A DNA stretch of 64,000 nt from Octopus bimaculoides (Eukaryota): assembly GCF_001194135.2 (NCBI RefSeq), contig NC_068986.1, forward strand, positions 52,046,176 through 52,110,175. Direction: 5' to 3'. Made by a program: the position numbers and the translations under genes. Every line of letters begins with the position of its first letter. Position 1 is the first letter of the stretch. Shown here one piece after another: positions 10,322 to 22,992 of this stretch. Below the pieces are notes generated by a model. The model did no database searches. It was not told where the DNA came from and saw only the letters and a list, made by a program, of their open reading frames with translations.

Positions 10322-10499
10322 TGTGTAAAAGAAGGCATTGGAGAGGAAGATATGTGGAACCAGAAATAGTGTCACTACTGCTGATAAAAGATAGTGATTT
10401 GCTTTTGATATATTCCTTGGCAATTATAAAAATAAAATTAAATATATCTTACTAATGTAGATAAACAACATGGCGGTAACCGATCAGAGAAATTTGTAG

Positions 10500-10753
10500 T
10501 GTACATACATACATACATACATACATACATACATACATACTACATACATACATACGTACATATATACTGTATACATATACAGACATCTGTTCTCTATATC
10601 TCTGGGTTATTATATTACATATATATTAATATAGAAATATATATTTACACATATATACATACACATGTGTAGATGTGTCTGTATGCACACCTGTAGACAC
10701 ATAGAAACACACACACACACACACACACATATATATGTATATGTATATATATG

Positions 10754-10804
<51 letters not shown>

Positions 10805-11000
10805 AAATATATATATATACATATATATTTATATATATATATTATGTATGTGTCTCTCTCTCTATATATACACACACACACATATATGAATATGTATACG
10901 CATGTATATATAAACATTTACATACATACATACATGCATGCATGCATGAATGCATACATACATACATACATACATACATACTTCCATACATGCACATGTG
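10500..11000. repeat. compound (TACA)n/(CA)n/(TA)n microsatellite field
   Basis: Read directly from the sequence. Confidence 0.92.
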
Positions 11001-11018
11001 TACCGATTTATATAAATC

Positions 11019-11277
11019 AGACTGTAGTTCCTCTTGAATTCTTGTTAGTCAACACTTGAGCAGGGTGAGAATCTCAGAGCCAATAGAAATGAAGGAGTGG
11101 ACGTAGTGATTACTGCAGAACTGGGGGTGTGAAACAAAACAAGGGTGACGGGGCGAGGCTAGACGAATGGATGGGGAAGGTATGACTGGGGGGGTCACGT
11201 GAAGCCAGCCAGCTCTGATGGTCAGAATTCTTTATAATAGCTGTAGAAACGGTAGGATCTGGAGTGTATGTATGAAA
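11019..11277 (-). mobile_element. L2/Jockey-group LINE 3' fragment, copy 1
   Basis: Homologous to 12352-12590; shares gttcctcttg.attcttgttagtcaacac, gcgaggctagacgaatgg and agccagctctgatgg. Confidence 0.75.
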
Positions 11278-12351
11278 TAGTTTTCATTTCGCTTCGTACT
11301 TTTGTCGTCTTGCATTCGATCCTACTGCCATTAAGGGCAATTTCGTTTATCGCGACCCAAGCCTTTTTAATAAAATTGAATACAGACGCTGCTTAGATGG
11401 CGTATATAGCTAACTGAAAGGTCCAGTACTGTAACATGATAGGCCAGGCTAATTTTGCCTGGAGTGATATTAAGAGTCTGAATCTTCCGGGATGCTCAGC
11501 CCCTTAAATGACAATTATATGAGTTAGTAGAATCACTGAAAACTCAAGTTCGGCAACTCTGACAAAACTTTCTTGTCCAGCTTGCAAGAAATAGCAACTG
11601 GATTTCCCTCAGATTCTACCACACTTTCTTAAATCATATTTATTTCACATTATGTTGTCTTAAGTATGTTTATTTCTGAATAAAAGACAAGATGGTCACG
11701 GGCAGAATGCTTTTGATTATAGATCTTCTAAACAACAGCAACAATAAACTTAATGAACATTATGATAAACAAGCATACAAACAATAAAATGAAATAGCAA
11801 TAACAAATAGTAACTGTGATGGTGATAACCATATAAACAACAATAGCAACAACATATCGTAATAAACGAAAACCAATCACAACAACAGCAATAATATTGG
11901 CACCAACAATAACTATTTCAATAACAGCAGTCAAACAACTGCTATAAAAAACGTCACGCGTTTTAAACATCAAAAACGATAAATTAATGGAAGCCATACG
12001 AAACTAATTGGATGGTTTATAAGAGAACCAACGTATTGTGAAATCTAAAATCAAACGTAGTATTAGAAAAAAAATTATGAATACAATAATAATGATCTTT
12101 TTTTTATATTTTACATGGTTACTGGGCCACGAACTATGGGAAATAATAAAATCGATTAAAACAGCCCCAGAGGTTTGACTGGTATCACCTCAGATCACCG
12201 TGAGATTTGAACTCAGAGCGTAAAAGGAAGTATAATTAAATTCTGCATGGGATATTATTTGTTGCGATACTAATTTGCTTTTACTTGCTAATCCAAAGGA
12301 GGTGGACTGCCCATAGCTTTCTTACATCCTTAGAAGCCGGTAAGATTGATG

Positions 12352-12832
12352 AGACTGAAGTTCCTCTTGGATTCTTGTTAGTCAACACCTGAGCAGGGAG
12401 TGAATCTCAGAGAACCAATTCAAAGGAAGGACTGGACTTAGCCATTACTGCAGAGCAAGGGTAACGAGGCGAGGCTAGACGAATGGGCCGGAAATGTATG
12501 AGTGGGAGTCACGTGAGCCTAGCCAGCTCTGATGGGCAGAGTTGCTTATAGATGTTGAAACGGTAGAGTCTGGAGTGTGTCTATGAATGTACTTATGCCA
12601 GCTAGTTAGATGACCCTTTTCCAGAACCACTCTAACATTTCTGTCTTTACATCAACAGTAACCGCTTCCCCAGCAGCAGCAGCAGTACCAGCTTAGCTAT
12701 GAGAGCAATAATCCAATGTGAGAAATAACTGAGCTTTGTAGAGTGTCATAATAGTTGATGATGGATGACATTTCCTAGTCCTGAATAGAAAAGACCGTTG
12801 CTGGGATGCGGTCCTAGCTACAATAAGGAAAT
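12352..12832 (-). pseudogene. L2/Jockey/CR1-group LINE, RT C-terminal region, copy 2
   Basis: TASQQRSFLFRTRKCHPSSTIMTLYKAQLFLTLDYCSH resembles the conserved LYK..I.P.LEYCS.IW block. Further downstream is LCPSELARL*LPLIHFRPIRLAS. Confidence 0.75.
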
Positions 12833-13100
12833 ACTTTCGCCTGGAGAAATTTTCATTAATTCTTGACCCAACAATTGGAGTGATTGTGAAGCTGCTACTT
12901 GAGAGCTGGAAAGCAAAATCCACTTCACTGGGATTTGAATTAAGGACACAAATACGAAATACGAAAACACGAACTACAAAAACAAATATGAGAAGATAAC
13001 TTTCCAATGTGGTCTCGATTCTGACAGCCACACTCACATACAACGTAACGATCGTAATGTGAACACATTAAATACGTAACAAAAGTTTAAACAACCGTTT

Positions 13101-14054
13101 GGGAAACTTTTCCGTTTCATGGGCAGCTCGATTAATTAATTTTCTTTAACTAAACACTTTGAAACTTCGTATATTGGTAGAATGTGTCATATAGAACATC
13201 TTTTACTCTTAGCGTTGTTGAGAAAAGTTTCTATTTTCGAAGTTATTTCGTGTTAAAGTTGTATTTTGGTAATTTCAACCGATCAATGACGTGTAGTTGA
13301 ATAAAATTACTGCTGTTTGTCAACAACTACTGGCGGAGTATATTTCATTTGTCACTGTTATTTATGACATCGTTCGTACGTTTGTACTGGTTTTAGCTTT
13401 AAAAAAATTTACAATTTTCCTACTTAGGGTTAGGGTTGGGGTTTTAGGGTTAGGATTACAGAAAAAAGTCGAAAATGAAGAAATTNNNNNNNNNNNNNNN
13501 NNNNNNNNNNNNNNNNNNNNNNNNNNNNNNNNNNNNNNNNNNNNNNNNNNNNNNNNNNNNNNNNNNNNNNNNNNNNNNNNNNNNNNNNNNNNNNNNNNNN
13601 NNNNNNNNNNNNNNNNNNNNGGGGGAGTAAGTCTTTCCGAAAATAGTAGCTGAAAAACAGGAAAAAAAAAAACCCTGAAAACAGTAGAAATGCACGAACG
13701 ATTAGGGTGGTGTCATGAAGTAAGCGTGCTTCAGATACCTTCGTTTATTCACACGAACGTAACTAAGATGAAATATGTCATAAATAACAGTGACAAACGA
13801 AATATACACCGCCGGAATTTGTTGTTGACAAACAACAGCAGAAATTTTATTCAGCTGAATACACGCCGTTGATTGGTTGAAATTTCTGAAATACGACAAC
13901 TTCAACACGAAATATCTTCGAAAATATAAACTTTTCTCAACAACGCTAAGAGTAAAAGATGTTCTATGACACATTCTACCAGTATCCGAAGTTTCAAAGT
14001 GTTTAGTTAAAGAAAATTAATTAATCGAGTTGCCCATGAAAAGGAAAGGATCCC
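13101..14054. mobile_element. long-TIR (foldback-like) non-autonomous element with internal TTAGGG repeats and a central gap
   Basis: 13101-13370 is the inverted copy of 13775-14054 (e.g. catgggcagctcgattaattaattttctttaactaaacactttgaaacttcg vs cgaagtttcaaagtgtttagttaaagaaaattaattaatcgagttgcccatg). TTAGGGTTAGGGTTGGGGTTTTAGGGTTAGG lies at 13424-13454. Confidence 0.85.
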
Positions 14055-14774
14055 CCTTTGGATTAATCTAAAAATTAACGCATAATTTTAAAATTCAATT
14101 TTAAAATTTTGTAATTAGATACATTTTTTAATCAAAAGCAAATTAAATACGAGGTTATGTTTCGACTAAACTCATTTTCATGTGTATGTTTTACCCACTT
14201 TTCTTCCATCATATTTGCAAGCCAACGATTTTGTTAGGATTATGACAATGAATATGTTGTTACTGCAAATTACTCGGAGTGTTGCTGTGCTGCTGGTTTT
14301 GTTAGTGTTTTCGTCCTATCATTGGTCCTATTGTATTTGATATCTACGCTGTTCACATTGTCATTATTGTTCAAATAGTTCCAATTATTGTAATTGCTTT
14401 TGTAGTTGTTGCTGTAAATTTTATCTTAGCATAATGTTTTCATAATTTCGTTGTCGTCTCCTGTGCAAATACGGCGGTCTCTTTCGTTGTTTGCCTTCTC
14501 TTTCTCTTTCTGCTCTCAGATGTTTTCTTTTACGTTCTCGCCTCCTCATTCGTTCCAGTGTAATTCTTTCTCCAACATTATTAAACTCTGTTTTCGTATC
14601 ATGAATAATGCAGCGCAAATTCAAATTTGAAAAAAAAAAAAAACTCACACACACACACACATAGATTACCATGAAAGGAAATCTTATATTCAAAGTAAAC
14701 GCTACAAGATTCAATTAATCTTCTCTTGCGTGCGAATAAACAACAATTTTCCATATATATATAAACTCTTTCAG

Positions 14775-14828
14775 GCCAAACGGATTGTACCTGTTGAAAA
14801 TCTCAAGAAATGACGGTTAGACTTACAG
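14775..14828 (+). other. candidate 54-nt exon containing a start codon (unconfirmed)
   Basis: Acceptor ctctttcAG at 14774 and donor CAG|GTATGG at 14828/14829. All three frames are closed from the acceptor, but ATG at 14810 gives MTVRLT plus 1 nt. Confidence 0.25.
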
Positions 14829-15010
14829 GTATGGCAGCAGCAGCAACGCCATCACCACCACCACCACCAACACTACTACTACTNNNNNNNNNNNNNNNNN
14901 NNNNNNNNNNNNNNNNNNNNNNNNNNNNNNNNNNNNNNNNNNNNNNNNNNNNNNNNNNNNNNNNNNNNNNNNNNNNNNNNNNNNNNNNNNNNNNNNNNNN
15001 NNNNNNNNNN

Positions 15011-15400
15011 ATATAAAGACTTGCTAATAGAAATTGAAAAAATGTGCCACCTCAAGGCGACTACCATACCAGTGATTGTAGGATATCTAGGAATGATAAA
15101 AAAAGGTACTGAAACCTATTTGAAAATGATTCCAGACTTACCATCCCTACAGGAAGTGCAAAAAATCGTGTTAACTGGAACGACTCATGTACTGAGAAGA
15201 GCATTATCGCTGTGAAAACAACATCCATTCATGATTTTTTTTTATTACATATTTTACCTGTGAATTTGCGTGTGTAAACTGGGAATGCATACAACGAGTT
15301 ACTCTGCCCTAGGTGTACGGAAAACACTCGGCGAGAAATGGAAGAAAATTTGAAGAAAGAAGAAAAAATTAAAATAAAACAACATAATAATAATAATACA
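15011..15400 (+). pseudogene. R4/Dong-like LINE 3' end (RLE C-terminus, 3'UTR, (AAT)n tail)
   Basis: YKDLLIEIEKMCHLKATTIPVIVGYLGMIKKGTETYLKMIPDLPSLQEVQKIVLTGTTHVLRRALSL* has the KY.DL..E...W..K...PVIVG.LG pattern. The UTR ends in aataataataat near 15385-15398. Confidence 0.85.
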
Positions 15401-16190
15401 AGTATTAAAATAATTGTTTCTAATATAATAGCTGAATAATAACAAATATCGATACCATAATACACTGAAGAATATCTAGTGGCATCGAAGAATAACGAAA
15501 AATAGAAAAGAAACAATCAACGTAAACGTTAAAATACACTTGCGTAAGTAATATGTTATCCTATTTCAAATGATATTGCATTTTTGATTAATATGTACTG
15601 CGAATGATTGCACAAATGATCGACTGGTCACCTATTGTAAATGCTTTAGTAGAACACATTAGGGCAACACCAGTCAAGCAGAATGTAAAGCGAAAATAAC
15701 AAATAACGCAAACAAAAAATGCACAATTCAAACGAAGATGAAAAAAATAGACGTGTAAAATTCCGTCTAGCCAAAGAAAGTGGTATTTGGTAAAAATTAT
15801 GACAATCTAAATATATAGCTGAACGTTATTTTTCAATTTCCTCTACTGCAATATATTTGTATGGAGTGTTTGAAATGGTGAGCAAATATTGTATATTGAG
15901 AAAAAAGAGGCAGTCAGAATTTAGGATAATTCTTTATTAGCGCTTTCGTTCGTTTATCGATCTTGTTAAGAAAAAAAATCAAAATTAAAATATTAAAAAG
16001 AGAACGTTTCGTTGTTCATTTATATCAATCGGATGCTTGTTTTCCTTTGTTTAGCAGAGGAGCAAAAATGTTTCTGTTTTTTTTTATTGGAAAAAGGGTG
16101 AAAGAGAGAAAGAAAAGCAAAGGGTTGGGAAATACGGAGAAGTTTCCGGGAAACCAAGAAAGAGGAAAAATAATAATAAAGAATGGGAAA

Positions 16191-16233
<43 letters not shown>

Positions 16234-16859
16234 NNNNNNNNNNNNNNNNNNNNNNNNNNNNNNNNNNNNNNNNNNNNNNNNNNNNNNNNNNNNNNNNNNN
16301 NNNNNNNNNNNNNNNNNNNNNNNNNNNNNNNNNNNNNNNNNNNNNNNNNNNNNNNNNNNNNNNNNNNNNNNNNNNNNNNNNNNNNNNNNNNNNNNNNNNN
16401 NNNNNNNNNNNNNNNNNNNNNNNNNNNNNNNNNNNNNNNNNNNNNNNNNNNNNNNNNNNNNNNNNNNNNNNNNNNNNNNNNNNNNNNNNNNNNNNNNNNN
16501 NNNNNNNNNNNNNNNNNNNNNNNNNNNNNNNNNNNNNNNNNNNNNNNNNNNNNNNNNNNNNNNNNNNNNNNNNNNNNNNNNNNNNNNNNNNNNNNNNNNN
16601 NNNNNNNNNNNNNNNNNNNNNNNNNNNNNNNNNNNNNNNNNNNNNNNNNNNNNNNNNNNNNNNNNNNNNNNNNNNNNNNNNNNNNNNNNNNNNNNNNNNN
16701 NNNNNNNNNNNNNNNNNNNNNNNNNNNNNNNNNNNNNNNNNNNNNNNNNNNNNNNNNNNNNNNNNATATAGGAGAGTATTGTAGTTCGCTTGAAGCATTG
16801 TGTATTGTTTGTAAAGAATAAAAAGTTTTGAATGATACAACAATGCACTATAATACAAA

Positions 16860-17890
16860 AAATGGACTATATACCTGTTGTAATTTAGTTATCTATATAT
16901 CCTTCTTCAGATATTCTTAGATGGAGTCTCTGCTATAAACTGTTTTCCAACGGCTTTTTTGAAAAAATTCACAGACCACAACACATGGTCTGTGAATATT
17001 TTTAGACAACAATATAGCGTTCATTAGCATTATGTCTCCCTAATCGTATTAGGTGGGCACAGCGTTTGTGCGATCTAACTATGTAATGTTCATAGTTCGT
17101 TTCATTTGGAAGATTGTTCAGTCATATTGTCTCTGTTTCTCTTTCCAATCTTTATGATTAAACATAGTTCCCTTGCTTGTCATTCAAACATTTAAATTTG
17201 GAAAGAATTTTTTGATGAAGTGTAGCGCCATTGCCTTTTGGAATTTTGGTTCATCTCTTGGTAGTTTGTAAAAGGGAAAGATTTTGAACTTTTCTTCACC
17301 GCATATTTATAGATGCTTGCTCAGTGAAATCTTGCGCAATTTTTCTTGTTGCATGTGTTGCCTGTGGATTTTTGCATGTTGGCAGAGGGAATTATCTGTT
17401 TCGCCAATATAATGTTCCTTGAAGTTGGGGAAAGTAATGCAGTATATGAGATTCTGCGTGTTGCAGTTCATATCTGCGTTACTTTGAACGAGAGTCCGCG
17501 CTAGAATTTTATGTGGGAACCACTTTCTAAATATTTAAAGTTGTTGTATATTCGACATCTGCTGTCCTTATATTCTTTTACGGAGAATTCTGATTCATTC
17601 TCTGATGTGAATTTTGCTCTTGTGATCTGTCTCTTGAGATTTTTTAGCTGACGTCTACTGTTTCGTAAGGCGTTTTTATCAATCAGATTTTTCATTTTGG
17701 GGCATTGTAGAAGTATAGGTAGGTTTGATTTTATGGTGTAAAAGAAGTTGGCTACGAGGGAATTAAAATCTATGCCATTCCGTATATATAGCTGGAATTG
17801 TGAGTATTGATAAATGTGTATTCATTAATTTTTTCCTTTGGTGTCCTTTGCTGTGTGATGCTCAGCTTTGTAATGAAATTTCAATAGATT
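16860..17890 (-). pseudogene. Penelope-like element: GIY-YIG endonuclease relic plus 3' region
   Basis: Minus frame MNCNTQNLIYCITFPNFKEHYIGETDNSLCQHAKIHRQH (about 17350-17480) contains the IY..YIG motif. It ends with FIK.FFPNLN near 17190. Confidence 0.8.
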
Positions 17891-17914
17891 GACCACATCA
17901 AATTGAAAAGAAAC

Positions 17915-17970
<56 letters not shown>

Positions 17971-18020
17971 GTCTATCTGTCTGTCTATCTGTCTGTCTGT
18001 ATGTCTGTCTGTCTGTCTGT
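17915..18020. repeat. (ATCT)n/(GTCT)n tetranucleotide microsatellite
   Basis: Read directly from the sequence. Confidence 0.95.
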
Positions 18021-18234
18021 CTCTTCCCCATTCTTTATTATTTTTTCCTCTTTCTTGATTGTCCTAGAACCTTCGCTCTCTCTGTTCCCCCTCCCCCTTT
18101 TCTCTCTTTCCTTCTTTAATTCTGACCGTGCCTTTTTTTTCAGTGTACAATATCTGTACACTAATTCAAACACTCTATAAATCACTCTATAAATCGCTGT
18201 ATAAAATTTTGACTGCCTCCTTTTCCTCAATTTA

Positions 18235-18265
<31 letters not shown>

Positions 18266-18480
18266 ATGAATATATATATATATGTTATCTATTTAAAGGA
18301 CACAATAATTGTCTTTAAATGCTACTAACAGCTTCATATTTATCAGGCACAAACCACGTGTCATAACTATTAGTAACTTAAATCATGTATTGTGTCCTTT
18401 AAATAAATAATAATTATCTCCCACTAGATGGAGTACTTTTTTGGTGATCTTTCTATCACAGAACAGTACATTATATATAT

Positions 18481-18976
18481 GGTGCAGGAGTGGCTGTGTG
18501 GAGGCGCAGGAGTGGCTGTATGAAGGCGCAGGAGTGGCTGTGTGGTAAGTAGCTTGCTTACCAGCCACACGGTTTCGAGTTCAGTCCCACTGCATGGCAC
18601 CTTGGTCGAGTGCCTTCTACTCTAGCCTCGGGCCGATTAAAGCCATTTGAGTGGATTTGGTAGACGCCTGTCTACGTATATATACGTATATATGTATATA
18701 CGTATATATGTATATATGTATATACATATATACGTATATATGTATATACATATATACGTATATACGTATATATGTATATATGTATTTGTGCGTCTGTATT
18801 TGTCCTCTCACCATCGCTTCACAACCAACGTTGGTATGTTTACATCCCCGTAACTTAGCAGTTCGGCAAAGGGACCGATAGAATAAATACTAGGCTTACA
18901 AAGAATAAATCCTGGGGTCGATTTATTCGATTGAAGGCGGTGCTCCAGCATGTTTGCAGTAAAATGACTGAAAGAA
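18481..18976 (+). mobile_element. SINE family 1 with triplicated 22-bp 5' head
   Basis: Three tandem GG(T/C)GCAGGAGTGGCTGT units at 18481, 18503 and 18525, then a full family 1 body with an internal (TA/TG) repeat. Confidence 0.9.
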
Positions 18977-19149
18977 ATATATATATATATATATATATAT
19001 ATANNNNNNNNNNNNNNNNNNNNNNNNNNNNNNNNNNNNNNNNNNNNNNNNNNNNNNNNNNNNNNNNNNNNNNNNNNNNNNNNNNNNNNNNNNNNNNNNN
19101 NNNNNNNNNNATATATATAGAAAGAGGATATAATCTTGCGGTGAAAAGT

Positions 19150-19995
19150 ATGTTAATGGATTACATATATTCAAAAAATATATCATTTTATTGAAAAGAA
19201 TATCAGATCTCGAAATAAACCCCTTAAAAGAAAGAATATAGAAAAATTGAAAGATAAAAATGAAACTATAAATAGTGAGAGTGTAAACTACAAAAACAGA
19301 CTCGACACGAGTAAAACAAAATAAATAACAAGGATGCAAAATCAAATCCCAACTTATCGGCAGATTATTGACCAACAAATGATATATCAGAACTATATTA
19401 ACATATGTGGATAAGATAAAGGTCAAAGAAGGAGAAATAATGCTGGAATTAGACAATTCTCCACGCCGTAGGTATTACAGTAAATCCGTGTCTAAAAGCT
19501 ATAAGAATGAGAATGAAGGAAGAGCATTTTGACACAATGATAAAACTTCAAGAAACTCATTTAAATACCAAAATCATTATCAATGCTATTAACATATAAA
19601 CAGTGCCAGCTATAGAATATGATTTTGTGGTATTGATGTGAAATATGACAGATGCAGTCATCACAGACAGTAACACTAAGAATAATATCAAAATAAATCA
19701 GACGCTACAAAATAGCTCTGACATCCAGCAGCTATACATTTCACGAAGAGAACGTAGCAAGGGAATATTAATAGAAAGAAGACAGTTTAATAAAACAGTT
19801 ATCAATATTGCTTTCTGTCTTTCAAATGCACAAGAAAATCTGATAGATATGTTCGTAGAATATGTTGGCAGGAAGAATATAAAATCGAAGAAATCGAATA
19901 TCATTGGAGCAGTAGAACTTTCTCATAAAATCGGAGATTTTTGGACGGAGAAATCCAAAGCAAAATTGGAGACAGAAATTGCTTATATGAAATAA
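19150..19995 (+). pseudogene. R4/Dong-like LINE RT/thumb relic
   Basis: NTKIIINAINI*TVPAIEYDF and SSDIQQLYISRRERSKGILIE match the NK..AIN..AVP and D..RLY..R..GGRGL blocks. Frameshifted. Confidence 0.65.
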
Positions 19996-21439
19996 AAAAG
20001 TGTTTCAGGCCAAATGATTCGACACTCCTCATGAACTTTTTGAAGGAAATCTGCTATCGAACTTCCCTATTGAATAATTATGTTATGATGTGGGTTTGTG
20101 ACATGTGGATTTAGATGGAAGATGGGCGAAATCTTTGCTGCACTATCTGAAAAGGCAGATAGTTTACGAGAAGAATGATCAATATTTTCTTTATCACTTT
20201 TACAACTTTGAATATTAGGGTCGGAAAAGCATTCAAAGTAGAATCCAAGCGTAAACGAACATCAACAGGTATGTTCTCACTATGCAACAAATTTTCGAAG
20301 CACATTTCCTATCATAAGAATTACATTTTTGCAAGATTGTTTCCAGATTGCTTTCAGATAACAGATCGCCCACAATGAAATTGATAAAATTCTACTGTTA
20401 GATTTAATTGAAACTGATCCCAGTGATAGTAACATTCATTAAAACTACACAGATATTACTCTGCAGTTTCATGTTGCCTTGAGGTAGTTGAAAAGAGGCA
20501 GTTCCCTATATAGAAGAATTTAAAGGAAAATATTTCATTATTCTTGCCACCGATTGTAGCATAGTTTCATGCTTCACTTCGGCCGCTAAAAGGAAGCAGT
20601 TTCTAAAACAGAAGTTTCTAAAACAGCAGTTTTAACTACAACGTAAGGTATATTACAATAAAATATATTTACATCCTGATTTCCATAACAGCACTTACGT
20701 CTTTAAAATTATAAGACAATGACGGTGTGCGCTTCAAGCTGGGATTGATCGTTCTTCAAAGATCATATCGACGGTTTATTAACCGACAAAATCACATATC
20801 TGTAACGTCATTAATATTCAGAGAATGCGAACATAGAACAAAGGTAAGTGGAGCTGGAGTATAAGCGACACACAAAGGATAGCTCTGACAACAAACCTCA
20901 CATTACAAACAAGGCTCTTATGAGGAATTTCGAACAATCACCCTAAGTGTAGATTAACCAACCCTGCAGAAACAAATCTAGGCGTATTTAGTACGGAAAA
21001 TGTTCATTTATTTCTAGAGTTATAGAAGTAGAGAATCTCCCGTTATAGAACGATAGCTGCCGTGTTAGAGAATACTTTAATACCATCAATGATAACAAAA
21101 TCATTGTTTATTCATTTTTAAGCTGCCACTACTACTAGCATTAGCCTTCATCATTACTATTTTAGCTATTATCGATTCAGATATTAAGACCATTCTACAC
21201 GTTAAAAAAGCTCTCAATTTTTTTTTCTGGGTGAAAAAGGAAAGAAGAAAGAATTTGTTTGATATAGCTATTCGTGCGTTTGATGGGGGTTGGTGGCGTG
21301 TGAAATTAATAGTTTATGATTTAAATCTGTTGAACAAAAGGAGAAAAAAAATTGGAGTTATCGGAATGGTGGATCATTTCTCTTTTTAAAATATAAATGA
21401 ATATAATGTAGAAAGATTTATAAAAAAAAAAAAAAGTAT

Positions 21440-21705
21440 TTCAGTGTCCAGCAAATTAGAGTTAAATGTTACTGCAGAGGGCAACCAAGCAAAAGTTAAT
21501 TTTCTAGACGTAACGTTAAATTCAAAGTCTAATAAATTTTCCTGTATCATAAACCTAATTAGAGGTTAATTATATTAATAAAATTTCTTATCATCTGTCA
21601 AATATTCTCCATGATTCAGTCTTTAATGTTACCATACATATATCATCACTGCCTTAAGAGGTAGATATTTTTGAAAAGCTTTGCATTTCAATGGCAGAAC
21701 ATTTA
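21440..21705 (+). pseudogene. Penelope-like RT thumb relic, interrupted by the maT transposon
   Basis: LNVTAEGNQAKVNFLDVTLN..YHKPN..NYINKISYH..HISSL..DIFEK matches PLE RT blocks (VNFLDVTL, KPN, YIN.S.HP). A plausible continuation (SRFSVRIDYIP) follows 22995. Confidence 0.65.
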
Positions 21706-22992
21706 CAGGGTGGAGAAGCAAAACTTGCAAAATTGCTGTAACATTTGAAACTCTCTCATTGTGCATCAATAGGTTTAGTAATTAAAAATTAGATTAATAA
21801 CATTCACATATAATTACAAAAAGAATAATAATTTATTCTATGTGGCTCCCATTGTTTTCAATTACAGGCTCCACACGGCCACAGAACCCCACACAACTCT
21901 TCACCACGAGGTCACTAGACATCCTGGCCCACTCCTCATTCATGGCAGCCTTCAGAGAGTTGATGTTGCGATGGGACATTTAGTTGGCAGAATGCTCCAA
22001 AATTCCCCACACGACATAGTCCACAGGGTTGAGATCTTGGTTGGGGGAGGGCTAGAAGCCCGCAGTCCAGAAAACAGCAAAGTTGAATTTGCAGAAATTC
22101 TGTACCTTCTTGGCAGTATGGTTGGGAGCACCGTCCTAGTTCCACACATAGTTGCCCTTCGGGTAGTTGGCCTTGAGCTGTGGCAAGACGTGGTACCTCA
22201 GTGTCTTGTAGTTGGATCAGCACACACCGTTTCTCCAGCCTTGCAGAAGTAGAAGTGACATGTTTCTTCCGTCGGAAGTCACATCAGCGAATTCCATAAC
22301 TTGGGCTGGACTTATTGTTCTGAAGTTGCTCCTGACGTCAGCTGTTAACTCCGCAATGTACTGGTCGTTTCTGCGTTTCACAACGGCATCCACTGTGAAG
22401 ATCACGTCAGAAAAAAATTTCCACACAGGACGGACTCGTTCTTCTTGAGACATGTGAGAACCTTTTTGCACTTCTCCAGTCCTCTGGCCTTCATAGATTC
22501 TGTCAGCAGGTGTCTCGGTGTCCTTGTGTAGGACTTGAGGCCCAATCATCATTCACAGCTGTTCTGATGATCTTGTGGTCCACTTCAAGTTCTGAGGCCA
22601 GCTTCTTCATGGATGTAGTTGGGTCTGTTGAAAGTTTGGACTTGAGGGTGTTAATGAAGTCTTGATTCCGCTTCTTGTTGGCCCAACCACTGACAGAATT
22701 CTTCTGAATGCCGCTACACGTGTCCATTCTCTTCTTGATGTTATAAACTCTACGTAAGGATACTTCGACTATGCTTAAGATCCTCTTCGGATCGACTTGT
22801 GCACTGACCAAATCGCATACTCTTTGGCTTTTGTCTTCTTGCGCGGTTATATTCTCCAATATTCCTGCAAAAACGAGTTTGATATTTGCTGACGAGTTAT
22901 TCTTTATTCTGCATTAGGTTTCATATCATTTGGTGTAGTGATTGCTATGAAATATTAGTATAACTTTTAATGCAAATTTTGCTTCACCACCC
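21706..22992 (-). mobile_element. full-length Tc1/mariner DD37D (maT) transposon, transposase pseudogenised
   Basis: TIRs are TA|CAGGGTGGAGAAGCAAAACTTGCA (21706) and TGCAAATTTTGCTTCACCACCC|TA (ending 22992-22994). The minus-strand ORF pieces run from MENITAQED...HTH to DGAPNHT...DLNPVDYVVWGILE, with 37 residues between the second and third D. Several stops and frameshifts. Confidence 0.92.

Noticed and set aside
20690-20965. Consensus GTAAGT donors on both strands (20844 plus, about 20698 minus) with nearby good acceptors
   Set aside because: All frames from the strong acceptors contain stops. Only a weak acceptor gives an open frame, so it cannot be supported without RNA data.
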